The notes under the pieces: generated by a model
The model's input: the letters and a program-made list of their open reading frames with translations, nothing else
Told to the model about the DNA's origin: nothing
Databases searched by the model: none
Part shown: in pieces, positions 1-10,312 of the stretch
Position numbering within the stretch: the stretch's first letter is position 1
How the letters are laid out: every line of letters begins with the position of its first letter
NCBI GenBank assembly: GCA_963708295.1
Contig: CAVPSJ010000008.1
Span: 64,001 to 128,000 of the forward strand
Length of the DNA stretch: 64,000 nt
Direction: 5' to 3'
From: an uncultured delta proteobacterium
Lineage (GTDB): Bacteria > Desulfobacterota > BSN033 > UBA1163
Position numbers and translations under genes: made by a program

Positions 1-25
1 TGTAAATGATCGGAGGTTGGGTGAA

Positions 26-1051
26 ATGGTTAAGCAGGGTGTCCTAAGAAATCCATATTTAAGAAATATCTTGATCTCGTCCGTTATTATAGCGATAGCT
101 TTAATCTTGTACGTTACGTTTCTTATTACGCCTTCATTCACTAAATTATTAATTAGTGCTACGAAAAACGATGCTGAACGTATAGCAAGGCATTTAACTT
201 CCTCTATACTCATTTCAGAAAAAACTGAGATAGGAAAGGATTCTCTTAATACCCGACTATTAGAAAAAGAAATCGAGAAAATAGAAAGGGATTTTGAGTT
301 GATGAACTTTAAGGTTTTCTCACCGTCGGGCGAGATTGTTTTCTCTGGTGACCAAAATGAGGTAGGAGAGATAAATCAGAAAGGATATTTTCACGATTTT
401 GTTGCAAAAGGAAAAGTCTATGCAAAGGTGGTCCCCAAGGACGAGGATTCCCTTGAAGGTCGGAAAGTGACCAGGGACGTGTTGGAGACTTATGTGCCCC
501 TCATGAACAATGGCAAGTTTTTGGGGGCTTTTGAAGTTTATTATGATATCACGGATAGAAAGAAACAACTTGATAAGCTCCTTTCGCGAACTTCCACCAT
601 TATCATGATGTTTGCATCAGGGTTTTTGATCGCAATTATTTTCATACTGTATCAAGAGAATATTGCGATGAAAAAACGTAGACAATTGGAAGAGGAACAA
701 TTCCAGAGAGAAAGGCTTCAAGGTGTCATTGAGATGGCGAGAGCAGCTTGTGACGAGTTAGATCGACCCTTACAGAGTCTTTTTGGAAATTCTCGTTTGT
801 TATCTTTGTTATTATCCGATCTATCAGGAGACAGTCCACCGCTTGTGCAAATAAAAAAGATTGAAGAAATGGTTGATCAGTTGGGGCAGATAACGAAGAA
901 AATCATGCATATCACGAGATATGAGACCAAGAAACACACCGACGGTTCCAATATTATTGATATCGACAAGGCTTCTTCATTAAAAATCTATCAAGAGAAA
1001 AATCCACCGGAAGAGAGCTCTGGTCATGTAAAAGGAGTAGGAAGGGTTTAG
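26..1051 (+). CDS. Membrane sensor protein: two TM helices, extracytoplasmic Cache-like region, C-terminal HisKA-like helix pair, no HATPase domain
   Basis: GGAGG at 12-16, ATG at 26; hydrophobic segments ILISSVIIAIALILYVTFLI and TIIMMFASGFLIAIIFILY; C-terminus GVIEMARAACDELDRPLQ...ITRYETK...IIDIDKAS resembles HisKA-only tails, but the phospho-His position is Asp. Confidence 0.65.
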   Translation: MVKQGVLRNPYLRNILISSVIIAIALILYVTFLITPSFTKLLISATKNDAERIARHLTSSILISEKTEIGKDSLNTRLLEKEIEKIERDFELMNFKVFSPSGEIVFSGDQNEVGEINQKGYFHDFVAKGKVYAKVVPKDEDSLEGRKVTRDVLETYVPLMNNGKFLGAFEVYYDITDRKKQLDKLLSRTSTIIMMFASGFLIAIIFILYQENIAMKKRRQLEEEQFQRERLQGVIEMARAACDELDRPLQSLFGNSRLLSLLLSDLSGDSPPLVQIKKIEEMVDQLGQITKKIMHITRYETKKHTDGSNIIDIDKASSLKIYQEKNPPEESSGHVKGVGRV

Positions 1052-1400
1052 GTTAGTATCCCAGATGACGATTAGCGAAGGAAATCTTTTTTCAAGATCG
1101 ATACCTGTCAGCCAATGACTTCAGGAAGCACCAAACAAAATTTCCTTTTTGAGAAGTTTGGAGTAGGTTGATAGGAAAATTTGGCCAGTGCACCTACAAA
1201 GGGTTAAAGATGGTTAGTGATAAATTCTATTGATTTTTGATTGAAAGAAAGAACAACTCCTCGGATGAACCCCAGGTGCTTCCCAAATGTGCCAATCTTT
1301 CCGAGAATTCGATTTTATCTGAATATGTGTTATGCTTCTTCGAGCAACTTTCGAAAAGGCTCTCAAAAGCATGAGAGAGAGGGTGACCCAAGGAAAAGAA

Positions 1401-1742
1401 ATGGCAGAAACAGTTGATGAAATCACCATAGACTGGACGGACGAAAACGGGCAGCAACTGGTAAGGCAGCTTAAGAAAGAAATCCTCACCAGTGGAGCGT
1501 GGTCAACGATCATGTTCTTGTACCAGGATTTTGACAAGAAGGCGGGCGATTGGGGACCCAAAAAGATCAGGGTAGTTCGCTACCAGAAGCGGGGAGGAAA
1601 GTACATTCCCCAGTCGAAATTTAATGTTTCCTCAGCCAAACAGGCAAGACAGATCATAGAAAGCTTACAAAACTGGCTACCCGAGATGGATAACCAAGGC
1701 AGTTCTGAAGATTTTAACGGCAACAGTAATGTCAAACCCTGA
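1401..1742 (+). CDS. Conserved hypothetical protein
   Basis: AAGGA SD before ATG 1401; globular 113-aa sequence (KEILTSGAWSTIMFLYQD...RYQKRGG...QSKFNVSS) of a type I recall from deltaproteobacteria. Confidence 0.65.
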   Translation: MAETVDEITIDWTDENGQQLVRQLKKEILTSGAWSTIMFLYQDFDKKAGDWGPKKIRVVRYQKRGGKYIPQSKFNVSSAKQARQIIESLQNWLPEMDNQGSSEDFNGNSNVKP

Positions 1743-2040
1743 CCTTTAGCGCTAATGGCCCTCTTCCGATTTAAGTTGTCATTGGTCTACGGCATTGGAC
1801 AATGACGAGACGTCTCTCATCTGTCCTGAAGGATACTTGACGTTGCAGGCGCTGCTTGAAATTACCCTTGGTTAACGTGTACACCTACAAGTTTAGAATG
1901 GCAAGTTGAGGTGGGAACTAACGATTTCGGAATGATCCATACATCCAATGTTGGACAAATTATTTTATCTCCATTCGCTTGGGAAAGAGGTAGAAGATAT
2001 CATCTCTGGGCTATAATGCTTTGGCTCCACACGACTGAAT

Positions 2041-2820
2041 TTAACGATACATCTCCTCGGCGGCCAAATTTTCAGGCCTGACCTCCCTTGTTGAAAGATC
2101 GACAGTCCATTTCCTGACAAAGGGAGGGGCGCTTCTCTCCTCCACATATTGGAGGACGCGAAATTTCTTCTCTCCAATCTCATTCGCTTCATATCTCCAT
2201 CTGGGATACGGAAAAGACTTTGTCTTTTCGTCCATCATCCTCTTTTCAACGGACCCACCCGGAGTGGGATGGTTCTTCACCAGCTCCACGGCGTGAGAAG
2301 AGAGTTCTTTAGACTGACTTAAACTTTTCTTCTTGATGCTCGTTCTTTTCGGAACGGAAATGAGACTTCCGTCCTTGATTTTTATTTCTAAATAGATCCC
2401 ATCGGCACTTAAATAGCCTACTTGACCCGTATCAAATTTTACCCGATAGAAATTCATCGTCCCCGAATGATTCTGAACCACTTCTGTGATCACAAAACCC
2501 TCTTTCTCTTGTTTGATTATCAATTTCTTTTCCGAATCATCAGGAGATTCATAAAACTCTGCCGGGTTGATCTTCTTGACAGTTAGATACCGCCTGCCGA
2601 TGTTCCCTTTCAATTTAGCGAGTTTCTCTCTCTCATATTTTTCGACCCCCGGAAGAGAACTTTCTTTCGAATCCTCAGCAGGAGAAGGTCCTTCCCCGTT
2701 CTTCGCCAAAAGAAAAGAAGAATCTCCATAAAAGCGCTGACCGGCACATGCATGCGTAGCGATGAAGGAGAAACAGGAGAAAACAATTATTCCAAGCAAA
2801 ATAGGCAGACGGGCATTCAT
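2041..2820 (-). CDS. Exported hypothetical protein
   Basis: 259-aa ORF with N-terminal signal peptide (MNARLPILLGIIVFSCFSFIATHACA); sigma-54-like promoter just upstream. Confidence 0.65.
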   Translation of the reverse strand: MNARLPILLGIIVFSCFSFIATHACAGQRFYGDSSFLLAKNGEGPSPAEDSKESSLPGVEKYEREKLAKLKGNIGRRYLTVKKINPAEFYESPDDSEKKLIIKQEKEGFVITEVVQNHSGTMNFYRVKFDTGQVGYLSADGIYLEIKIKDGSLISVPKRTSIKKKSLSQSKELSSHAVELVKNHPTPGGSVEKRMMDEKTKSFPYPRWRYEANEIGEKKFRVLQYVEERSAPPFVRKWTVDLSTREVRPENLAAEEMYR

Positions 2821-2843
2821 AGGTCTATCCCGGTCAAAGGATA

Positions 2844-2859
2844 TGCAAATATGATGCCC
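2844..2859 (-). promoter_or_regulatory. Putative sigma-54 promoter
   Basis: Minus strand GGGCAT-CATAT-TTGCA fits the -24/-12 consensus TGGCAC-N5-TTGC. Confidence 0.5.
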
Positions 2860-3233
2860 TCTTCGAAAATCTCACAACTTCCTGAAATCCCTGCGATCGT
2901 AAAAGGATATCTCTGAGAAGACCGGTCAAAAAGATAACCCTTGTCCAATTCTGTCATAATCATAGTCAGTGGAAATGAAAAAAGGATTCACACGACTTGG
3001 ACACGACTTGGGGACGGGTCCCGTATTCAAGAGCAATAACTGATAGATACAGACTATTTTTTATCTGCTCCTCTTCGGTTTGCGGTTACCCAATCAGACA
3101 AATATTTTGTAATCACAAAATGAGCGTTCGACCAGGCCGCGGTATTGAATCTCCACATCTTTAGCGCAGGGTACTTAAGAAGTTAAGATTTGTCACGGCT
3201 TGTGATATCCTTTCCTACAGGGAGGTGATGTCG

Positions 3234-3689
3234 ATGAAACTCTATCTCGTGCAGCACGGAGAGGCCAAGTCTGAGGCGGAGGATCCGGAACGCTCACTGA
3301 CCATTCGGGGAGAAGAGGAGACCAGGAAGATCTCCGACGCCGCAAAAAAGCTGGGTTTTCGTCCTTCAAGAATCTATCACAGCGGGAAGAAGAGGGCGGA
3401 GCAGACAGCCGGGATCATTGCGGAGGCCTTGAACCTGTCTGTTCAGGCGGGCCAGGGGCTCAATCCGAACGACGACATCCGTCCGTGGGCAGAGCGAATA
3501 AACAGAGAGGCGGAGGACCTTATGATTGTCGGCCACCTGCCGTTCCTGGAAAAGCTTGGTTCCTTTCTTGCTTGCGGCGACGAAGGTGCAAAGGCAGTGA
3601 TGTTTCGGTACAGCGCTATCGTATGCTTGGAAAGGAAAGAATCCGGAAGATGGTCAGCGGACCGGGTGATCAAACCGGAAATGGTCTGA
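3234..3689 (+). CDS. sixA: Phosphohistidine phosphatase SixA
   Basis: LYLVQHGEA...R.LT..G, HSGKKRAEQTA and IVGHLP motifs of the histidine phosphatase fold; GGAGG SD at 3221. Confidence 0.85.
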   Translation: MKLYLVQHGEAKSEAEDPERSLTIRGEEETRKISDAAKKLGFRPSRIYHSGKKRAEQTAGIIAEALNLSVQAGQGLNPNDDIRPWAERINREAEDLMIVGHLPFLEKLGSFLACGDEGAKAVMFRYSAIVCLERKESGRWSADRVIKPEMV

Positions 3690-3713
3690 GGGACGGCTTC
3701 GATGCGGATTCTG

Positions 3714-3890
3714 TCAGGCGATCAAAGGGCTATCCAGCGTCCGGTACTGGATCGCTTCGGAGAGATGGACAGGCTGGATATTTTCCTGGCCATCGAGGTC
3801 GGCAATGGTCCGGGCGACCTCCAAGATTCTCGTATAGGCCCTTGCGCTTAAGCCAAACTTATCGATGGTCGACTCTAATAATCTCTGGCT
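3714..3890 (-). pseudogene. Diverged duplicate of the last 177 nt of comM/yifB
   Basis: Aligns without gaps to 5095-5271; translates [58 protein letters not shown]; no in-frame start. Confidence 0.92.
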
Positions 3891-3946
3891 AACATTTCAT
3901 ATTATTTCAATCACAGTCGACCAACACAAGGCGGTATAGCATGCGC

Positions 3947-5056
3947 TCATAAATTTATTACGCTTTCTGCAATCGTTTTGGCTGCATAAGGACGAGAAAT
4001 GGCTTTGGCTCTTTTGGACATATCTGCCAACTTTTCGGGATTTCTTATTAACAGACCAAGTTTATGAAGTAGGACCGGCAGATTGCGAGCCTTGACTCCT
4101 GCACCTTGCTCAATGAGGTAGTCCGCATTGGCTTCTTCTTGTCCCGGAATCGGCTCAATGAAAATCATTGGCACTCCCATAGCCATGCTCTCTGATACCG
4201 TAATTCCACCAGGCTTGGTTATCAATAGGTCGGATATTGCCATCAACTCATCCATAAAATCGACAAAGCCAAAGACTTTCTTGAGCCGAGGATCGGACTC
4301 TCGTTTTATCTCCAGGTCTTTTCTTAATTCGGCATTATTGCCACATACTACCATTATCTGAAATTCATCTTCGATACCCCCAAAATCCGCAATTATCTCT
4401 CCGAGGGGCGTGACACCGAAACTTCCGGCAGAAATCAAGATGACCGGCGAGTGGTTATTCAACCCATATTTGGCCAATAATTTTTTCCTGTCTTTTTCTT
4501 CTGAAAATTTTGGGTGAATCGGTATGCCGCTCGTAACAATTTTCTCCGAGGGTATACGATGAAACAATAGACTACTTTTAACCTCGTCAGTGGCGGTAAA
4601 ATACAAGTCGACATTGGAAACAAGCCAGACAGGATGAAATTCATAGTCCGTTAAGGTAACTGCAATCCTAAATTGTTTTTTCTTTTTCCTTCGGTAATTC
4701 TCCAAAACCGCCTCTGAAATAAAATGAGTTGCAACCACGACATCAGGGTTAAAATCCTCAACAATTCCGAAAAAATCGCTGAAATTGAATTTGTCTATCA
4801 AGAAACGGGGCTTAATAAACTTCTTTGAGGATTCATAGTGTTTGTAGCTATAAGCATAGAGTTCTGGAATGGCCTTTACTACGTCCAGATACATTTTCCC
4901 GTACAAATATTTGATGAAATCATTTGAATAATCCAAGAGGTCAACGTTTTTGACTTCTGCACTCGGCTGATATTTCGCAAATGCTGCCTGCACCGCTTCA
5001 GCAGCCTTTAAGTGCCCAGCACCCGCCTTTACTGAAACAATAAGAATTCTTGGCAT
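3947..5056 (-). CDS. MGDG synthase/UgtP-like diacylglycerol glycosyltransferase (GT28)
   Basis: GAGHLKAAEA, PDVVVATHF, TDY..HPVW, GIPIHPKF, ITKPGGITVSE and PIPGQEEANA motifs; AT-richer than flanks. Confidence 0.88.
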   Translation of the reverse strand: MPRILIVSVKAGAGHLKAAEAVQAAFAKYQPSAEVKNVDLLDYSNDFIKYLYGKMYLDVVKAIPELYAYSYKHYESSKKFIKPRFLIDKFNFSDFFGIVEDFNPDVVVATHFISEAVLENYRRKKKKQFRIAVTLTDYEFHPVWLVSNVDLYFTATDEVKSSLLFHRIPSEKIVTSGIPIHPKFSEEKDRKKLLAKYGLNNHSPVILISAGSFGVTPLGEIIADFGGIEDEFQIMVVCGNNAELRKDLEIKRESDPRLKKVFGFVDFMDELMAISDLLITKPGGITVSESMAMGVPMIFIEPIPGQEEANADYLIEQGAGVKARNLPVLLHKLGLLIRNPEKLADMSKRAKAISRPYAAKTIAESVINL

Positions 5057-5094
5057 AGGTTGATGTGTCCTCCTTGCCTTCCTTTTTTCTATAA

Positions 5095-6627
5095 TCAGGC
5101 GATCAAATTCCTATCCAGCGTCCGGTACTGGATCGCTTCGGAGAGATGGACAGGCTGGATATTTTCCTGGCCATCGAGGTCGGCGATAGTTCGAGCGACC
5201 TTGAGGACCCTCGCATAGGCCCTGGCGCTCAGGCCGAATTTATCGATAGCCAATTCCAATAATCTCTGGCTTGCCTCGTCAATCTGACAGAACTTCTTGA
5301 TATGGCGGTTGGTCATCTGAGCATTGCTGTATATTTTCATCCCTTTGAAACGCTCGACCTGAATCCTTCGGGCCGAATCGATCCGTTGCTTAATCTCCCT
5401 GGAAGACTCCCCTGCCTCACGACTCGCCAGGTCCCGATACTTCACGGCAGGAACTTCAATATGGATATCGATTCGATCCATTAAAGGTCCGGAAATCTTT
5501 GACCTGTAACGCTGAATCTGAGGAATGGTGCAGGTGCATTCATGGCTGAGGTCACTGTAATACCCGCACGGGCAGGGATTCATCGCGGCGACCAGCATGA
5601 AGCGGGAAGGGTAAGTGAGGGAGGTGGCTGCCCGCGCGATCGTCACCCTTTCTTCCTCCAAAGGCTGCCGCAGGACTTCAAGAACATTCTTCTTGAATTC
5701 GGGCAATTCGTCCAGGAAAAGGACCCCGTTGTGGGAAAGGCTTACTTCTCCGGGTCTAGGGATCTGCCCTCCTCCAATCAGACCCGCGTCTGAGATCGTG
5801 TGATGAGGACTTCGAAACGGCCGGGTGACAATGAGGGCGCTATCGGGCGGGATCAACCCCATCACACTATGGATTTTTGTTGTTTCAAGACTCTCCTCAA
5901 AATTCATATCCGGCAGGATGGTGGGAATACGTTTGGCCAGCATGGTTTTCCCGGAGCCGGGGGGGCCGATCATAATCACGTTGTGACCGCCTGCCGCGGC
6001 AACCTCCAGACATCGCTTCACATGCTCCTGGCCCTTCACGTCGTTGAAATCGACCGGATAATTCATTTCCGTTTTGAAAATCTCATTAAGATCCACATCA
6101 ACCGGATCAATATGGAGGCCTTCATTCAGAAATTGAACGCAGTCTGAGAGGGTATCGAGAGGGAGGATCTCAATTCCTTTTACCACGGCTGCTTCTTTTG
6201 AATTATCCCTGGGGAGCAAGAGACCCCGGTATCCTGCGTCTCTTGCTGCCACGGCAATCGGGAGCGTGCCTCTGATCGGTTTGACCTGGCCATCCAGGGA
6301 GAGCTCGCCTAAAACAAAATAATGGGCTAATTTGCTCTTTTGGACGACCTCGGTCGCTGCGAGGATGCCGATGGCCATGGGGAGATCGAAGGCCGTTCCT
6401 TCCTTCTTGATGTCCGCTGGAGCAAGATTGACGGTGATCCGGCGAGCAGGAAAGTCGTAGCCGCAGTTTTTGACAGCTGCCTTGACCCTGTCCTTGGATT
6501 CTTTGACCGCGCCCTCGGGAAGCCCCACGGTGGCAAAGGCAGGGAGACCCTGAGCGATGTCCACCTCCACCTCGACCACATAGGCATCAATTCCAAAGAC
6601 CGCGCTGCTCAAGACCTTCGATAGCAT
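5095..6627 (-). CDS. comM: YifB/ComM Mg-chelatase-like AAA+ ATPase
   Basis: [74 protein letters not shown]. Confidence 0.95.
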   Translation of the reverse strand: MLSKVLSSAVFGIDAYVVEVEVDIAQGLPAFATVGLPEGAVKESKDRVKAAVKNCGYDFPARRITVNLAPADIKKEGTAFDLPMAIGILAATEVVQKSKLAHYFVLGELSLDGQVKPIRGTLPIAVAARDAGYRGLLLPRDNSKEAAVVKGIEILPLDTLSDCVQFLNEGLHIDPVDVDLNEIFKTEMNYPVDFNDVKGQEHVKRCLEVAAAGGHNVIMIGPPGSGKTMLAKRIPTILPDMNFEESLETTKIHSVMGLIPPDSALIVTRPFRSPHHTISDAGLIGGGQIPRPGEVSLSHNGVLFLDELPEFKKNVLEVLRQPLEEERVTIARAATSLTYPSRFMLVAAMNPCPCGYYSDLSHECTCTIPQIQRYRSKISGPLMDRIDIHIEVPAVKYRDLASREAGESSREIKQRIDSARRIQVERFKGMKIYSNAQMTNRHIKKFCQIDEASQRLLELAIDKFGLSARAYARVLKVARTIADLDGQENIQPVHLSEAIQYRTLDRNLIA

Positions 6628-6694
6628 AACGTTTTCACATATATCAGAAATACAACAGGCAGACAAGGGAAAAATTCGACTGCCTTATGGCTGC

Positions 6695-6723
6695 TTGACA
6701 AAAAACGATTTCACGTTCATACT
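6695..6723 (+). promoter_or_regulatory. Putative sigma-70 promoter, divergent from comM
   Basis: TTGACA-N17-CATACT. Confidence 0.55.
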
Positions 6724-6846
6724 GGCAATCGAAAGGAAGGCAGAAGGCCGTCGGAAGTGGGCAGGATAAATAGAGCAACAAATCAGGAGCAATTTCCCAA
6801 GACGGCTGCGGCACCCTTAAACCATGAAAATCGATTCCTACCTATA

Positions 6847-6938
6847 CCCTCCCCGTTCAAGAGGGGAAGGCGAGGGTGGGGGTGGATGTTCAAATCATGT
6901 CCCCCCTCACCTCAATCCTCTCCCTCCGAGGGGAGAGG
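6847..6938. repeat. Inverted pair of REP-like GC-rich palindromes
   Basis: CCCTCCCC-gttcaa-GAGGGGAAGG...GAGGGTGGGGG followed by CCCCCCTCACC...CCTCTCCC-tccga-GGGGAGAGG; related sequence at 40846-40941. Confidence 0.7.
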
Positions 6939-7009
6939 AAGCACTGGGCGGAGTTATTTTCTAGGTAATGGACAATAGGCAATGGTCAATTGACGAAAGG
7001 AGGGGAAAA

Positions 7010-7126
7010 ATGGATGTTCTGTGGATCGTCAACACAAATACTTTCCTTCTGGTGTTTCTCGTCATCATGGTCTCTTATCTCACAGTTCAGGTGAACATGG
7101 TGATTCGATGGCTAAAGAGGGAATAA
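7010..7126 (+). CDS. Small single-TM protein (38 aa), below the ORF-track cut-off
   Basis: AAAGGAGG SD; MDVLWIVNTNTFLLVFLVIMVSYLTVQVNMVIRWLKRE*. Confidence 0.6.
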   Translation: MDVLWIVNTNTFLLVFLVIMVSYLTVQVNMVIRWLKRE

Positions 7127-7243
7127 TACTTCCATTTCGGATTTCGGAACGCGGAATGGAGAATTAGAAATTTTGTGTCAAATCTTCCTTCCCCCGGTTT
7201 TGAGATTTTGTTTGCAGTGGAATGCAGCGAGTCATACAATAGG

Positions 7244-8716
7244 TCACTTGATTTTCCAGGCAGTGCCGGAGGGGGTGTCCTCTAAGACAATTCCTTTTGA
7301 AAGGAGATCGTTTCGAATTTCGTCTGCTCTTTTCCAGTTCTTTTCTTTTCTGGCCAGATTCCTGTCTCCGATGGATCGAAGAATTTCTTCCTCTGTCAGC
7401 TTCAATCTTTGTAACCCCTCTTTTCTCCGCCGAGCCAGATACTGTTCAGGGTCCTCTCTGAATAAACCGAAAACCCATCCTGTTTCCAGGAAATAGTCGA
7501 GGCCCTGGTTCAGCAGATGGACGATCTCTTCTGTCGGTTGGCCCTTCGAAAGAGTCAGGAGGCTATTGAAATGGGTTTGAAGATCATAGAAATATCCTAA
7601 AGCCTGAGCCGTATTGAAATCGTCATCCATGGCCTCTTCGAACTGGGCTCGGAATGACTCAACGGCTTCGCGGCAATGGACGATGATAGAGGGTTCCGTT
7701 TTCTTTTGTCCCTGAAGGGGTTTCTTGAGCTCCTCCTGAATGGAGCTCAGGGTAGTGTAAAATTTGTCGAGTCCGATTTTTGCATCGTTGAAGCTATCCT
7801 CCGAATAATCCACAGGGCTTCGATAGTGGTGTGAGAGAAAGAAGAGGCGAAGAACCTCCGGGTGCCAGTCCTTAAGGATTTCTTTGATGGTCAGGATGTT
7901 CCCGAGGGATTTAGACATCTTTTCCCTATTGATGTTGACGAATCCGTTGTGAATCCAGTACCGGACGAAGGGTTTTCCGGTTGCCGCTTCGGACTGAGCG
8001 ATCTCATTTTCATGGTGGGGGAAGGTCAGATCTCTTCCCCCCCCGTGGATATCGAACGTTTCTCCCAGGTATTTCTGGCTCATGACAGAGCATTCGATAT
8101 GCCATCCCGGCCTTCCTTTGCCCCAGGGGCTTTCCCAAAAAGGTTCCCCGGGTTTGCTGCCTTTCCAGAGGGCAAAGTCAAGGGGGTTTTCCTTTTTTTC
8201 ATCGATATCCACCCGGGCCCCCGCCTGCATATCCTCCAGGTTTCTCTTGGAAAGTTTCCCATAATCTCCAAATTTCTCCACCGAGAAGAAGACATCCCCT
8301 CCTCCCTGGTAGGCAACCCCTTTTTCAACGAGGGTTGAGATGAGCCGGATCATTTCCGGGATATGCTCTGTGGCCCTGGGTTCAACTGAAGGTTTTTCCA
8401 AACCCAGCCTTCCCATGTCCGTATGGAACTCGCCGATATACTTCTCTGCGATCGCTTTCCAGTCCACCCCCTCCTCATTCGCCTTCTTGATGATCTTATC
8501 GTCAATATCGGTAAAGTTTCGAACGAAGGTCACATCATATCCGCGATATCGAAAATAGCGATAGATCGTATCAAAGACGATCGCTGAGCGGGCATGGCCG
8601 ATGTGACAGAGGTCATAGACCGTTACCCCGCAGACATACATCCCCACCCTTTTTTCATGGAAAGGAACAAATTCTTCTTTTTTCCCGGTCAGAGTATTAT
8701 GGATGCGGATTCCCAT
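7244..8716 (-). CDS. cysS: Cysteine--tRNA ligase
   Basis: MYVCGVTVYDLCHIGHAR, GRPGWHIECS, HGGG.DL.FPHHENE, KMSKSLGN, MDDDFNT. Confidence 0.98.
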   Translation of the reverse strand: MGIRIHNTLTGKKEEFVPFHEKRVGMYVCGVTVYDLCHIGHARSAIVFDTIYRYFRYRGYDVTFVRNFTDIDDKIIKKANEEGVDWKAIAEKYIGEFHTDMGRLGLEKPSVEPRATEHIPEMIRLISTLVEKGVAYQGGGDVFFSVEKFGDYGKLSKRNLEDMQAGARVDIDEKKENPLDFALWKGSKPGEPFWESPWGKGRPGWHIECSVMSQKYLGETFDIHGGGRDLTFPHHENEIAQSEAATGKPFVRYWIHNGFVNINREKMSKSLGNILTIKEILKDWHPEVLRLFFLSHHYRSPVDYSEDSFNDAKIGLDKFYTTLSSIQEELKKPLQGQKKTEPSIIVHCREAVESFRAQFEEAMDDDFNTAQALGYFYDLQTHFNSLLTLSKGQPTEEIVHLLNQGLDYFLETGWVFGLFREDPEQYLARRRKEGLQRLKLTEEEILRSIGDRNLARKEKNWKRADEIRNDLLSKGIVLEDTPSGTAWKIK

Positions 8717-8727
8717 AAACTTCTCCA

Positions 8728-8843
8728 AAATGTCAAATTTCAAAATCCAAATGTCAAATGAATGTCAAATGCCTAAGTGTGTTAGCGGGTTTAACATTTG
8801 AAGTTTGGGATTTGAGCTTGATTTGAACTTTGACATTTGAAAT
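8728..8843. repeat. Heptamer-periodic inverted-repeat element, copy 1
   Basis: AAATGTC AAATTTC AAAATCC AAATGTC ... ATTTGAA CTTTGAC ATTTGAA; arms are imperfect reverse complements. Confidence 0.8.
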
Positions 8844-10289
8844 CTAAGTTACTTCCAAAGCCATTTTTAGGCGTTGAATAATCCTTTCTTTTCCGAGGAG
8901 AGGAAGGGCCTTGGCCAACTCAGGCCCTCTTGTTTTTCCGGTGATGGCTGCCCGAAGGGGGGCATAGAGATCTTTCCCTTTTCGCCCTGTCTTTTTTTCC
9001 AATTGAGGCAGCAGGGGGGCCTGATCATCCGATCGGAGGTCTGAGAAGTCTTCAAAAAAGCGGAGCACGGAACCCAGGGTCTCCCGATTTCTGGGGTCTC
9101 GGACGATGGCTTTGGCTCCATCCTCGAAGAAGAATTTTTCATCGAAAAAGATGCCCAGATACTGCTCCACCTGTGAGAGGACGATGAGGTTCTCCTTTAA
9201 GAGATCTGAAATTTGGCTCAGCCATTGAGGACTGATTCCATCGATTTGGATCCCAGCCTTCTGGAGATAGGGAGCCAGAAGGCTGAAAAGCTGTCCTTTC
9301 TCCTTTGCCCGGATGTAGTAACTGTTCAGCCACTCCAATTTTTTCCGGTTGTAAACAGGGGCACTTTTCGAAACATCCTGGAAGGAGAATTCCTCTATCA
9401 TTCTTTCCAGAGAAAGAGTTTCTTGGCCGGAGGGGGGCGTCCAGCCCAGAAGGACAAGATAGTTCTCAAGGGCTTCTGGCAAAAAGCCTTCTTCCCGGTA
9501 TTGGGAAACCGCTGTTGCGCCATGGCGTTTACTCAAGGGAGAGCGGTCCGGTCCAAGGATCAAAGGGTGGTGAGCAAAGAGAGGAGGTTGCCAGCCCAGT
9601 GCCTGATAAAGGAGGATCTGCCGGGGCGTATTGGAGAGATGGTCTTCCCCCCGGATGACATGCGTGATGTCCATCAAATGGTCATCCATGACACAGGCAA
9701 AATTGTAAGCGGCCATCCCATCCGACCGGACGATGATAAAATCCCCGATTCCCGCGGAATCAAAATTCATCTTTCCATGGATGAGATCATCGAAAAGAAT
9801 CGACCCTCTCCCCACATGAAACCGGATGACGGACCGGAGCCCGGAAGATTCCATCCCGGCGATCTCGGCTGCGGAGAGGGAACGGCACCGCCCGTCATAG
9901 CGGGGCATCTTTCCCGCGGAGAGTTGTTCCTTCCTGAGTTTTTCGAGTCTCTCTTCGGAGCAAAAACACTTATAGCTCTTCCCTTCCTGGGAGAGCTTAT
10001 CGGCGAATTCACGGTAGATGGATATTCGCTGGGATTGACGATAAGGTCCCCAAGGTCCCCCCTGGTCAGGGCCTTCTTCCCAGGAGATTCCTAACCACTG
10101 GAGATCTTCTACGATCCGATTTGCGGAAGTATCGGTCGATCGTTCGATATCCGTATCTTCAATGCGGAGAACAAATGTTCCTTGATGCCGTCTTGAGAAG
10201 AGAAAATTGAAGAGGGCCGTTCTGGCGTTTCCGATATGGAGAAGTCCAGTCGGAGCAGGGGCAAAACGGACCCGAACTTTAGAATTCAT
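8844..10289 (-). CDS. gltX: Glutamate--tRNA ligase
   Basis: VRVRFAPAPTGLLHIGNART, LRIEDTD, CFC..YDGRCR, HVIRGEDH, LSKRHG. Confidence 0.97.
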   Translation of the reverse strand: MNSKVRVRFAPAPTGLLHIGNARTALFNFLFSRRHQGTFVLRIEDTDIERSTDTSANRIVEDLQWLGISWEEGPDQGGPWGPYRQSQRISIYREFADKLSQEGKSYKCFCSEERLEKLRKEQLSAGKMPRYDGRCRSLSAAEIAGMESSGLRSVIRFHVGRGSILFDDLIHGKMNFDSAGIGDFIIVRSDGMAAYNFACVMDDHLMDITHVIRGEDHLSNTPRQILLYQALGWQPPLFAHHPLILGPDRSPLSKRHGATAVSQYREEGFLPEALENYLVLLGWTPPSGQETLSLERMIEEFSFQDVSKSAPVYNRKKLEWLNSYYIRAKEKGQLFSLLAPYLQKAGIQIDGISPQWLSQISDLLKENLIVLSQVEQYLGIFFDEKFFFEDGAKAIVRDPRNRETLGSVLRFFEDFSDLRSDDQAPLLPQLEKKTGRKGKDLYAPLRAAITGKTRGPELAKALPLLGKERIIQRLKMALEVT

Positions 10290-10312
10290 TTGAAATCCTC
10301 ATCAAGTGTTAC

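Noticed and set aside
2990-3022. Tandem 11-mer ACACGACTTGG x2 next to GGGACGGGTCCC
   Set aside because: Only two units and no other copy seen; could be slippage or an assembly artefact.
3714-5271. Repeat pair as DGR template and variable regions
   Set aside because: Mismatches are not adenine-specific, many are synonymous, and there is no reverse transcriptase in the window.
6757-6978. Short ORFs running through repeats (6757-6978, 16545-16733, 16602-16799, 40715-40952, 53450-53647)
   Set aside because: They are translations of palindromic repeat elements.
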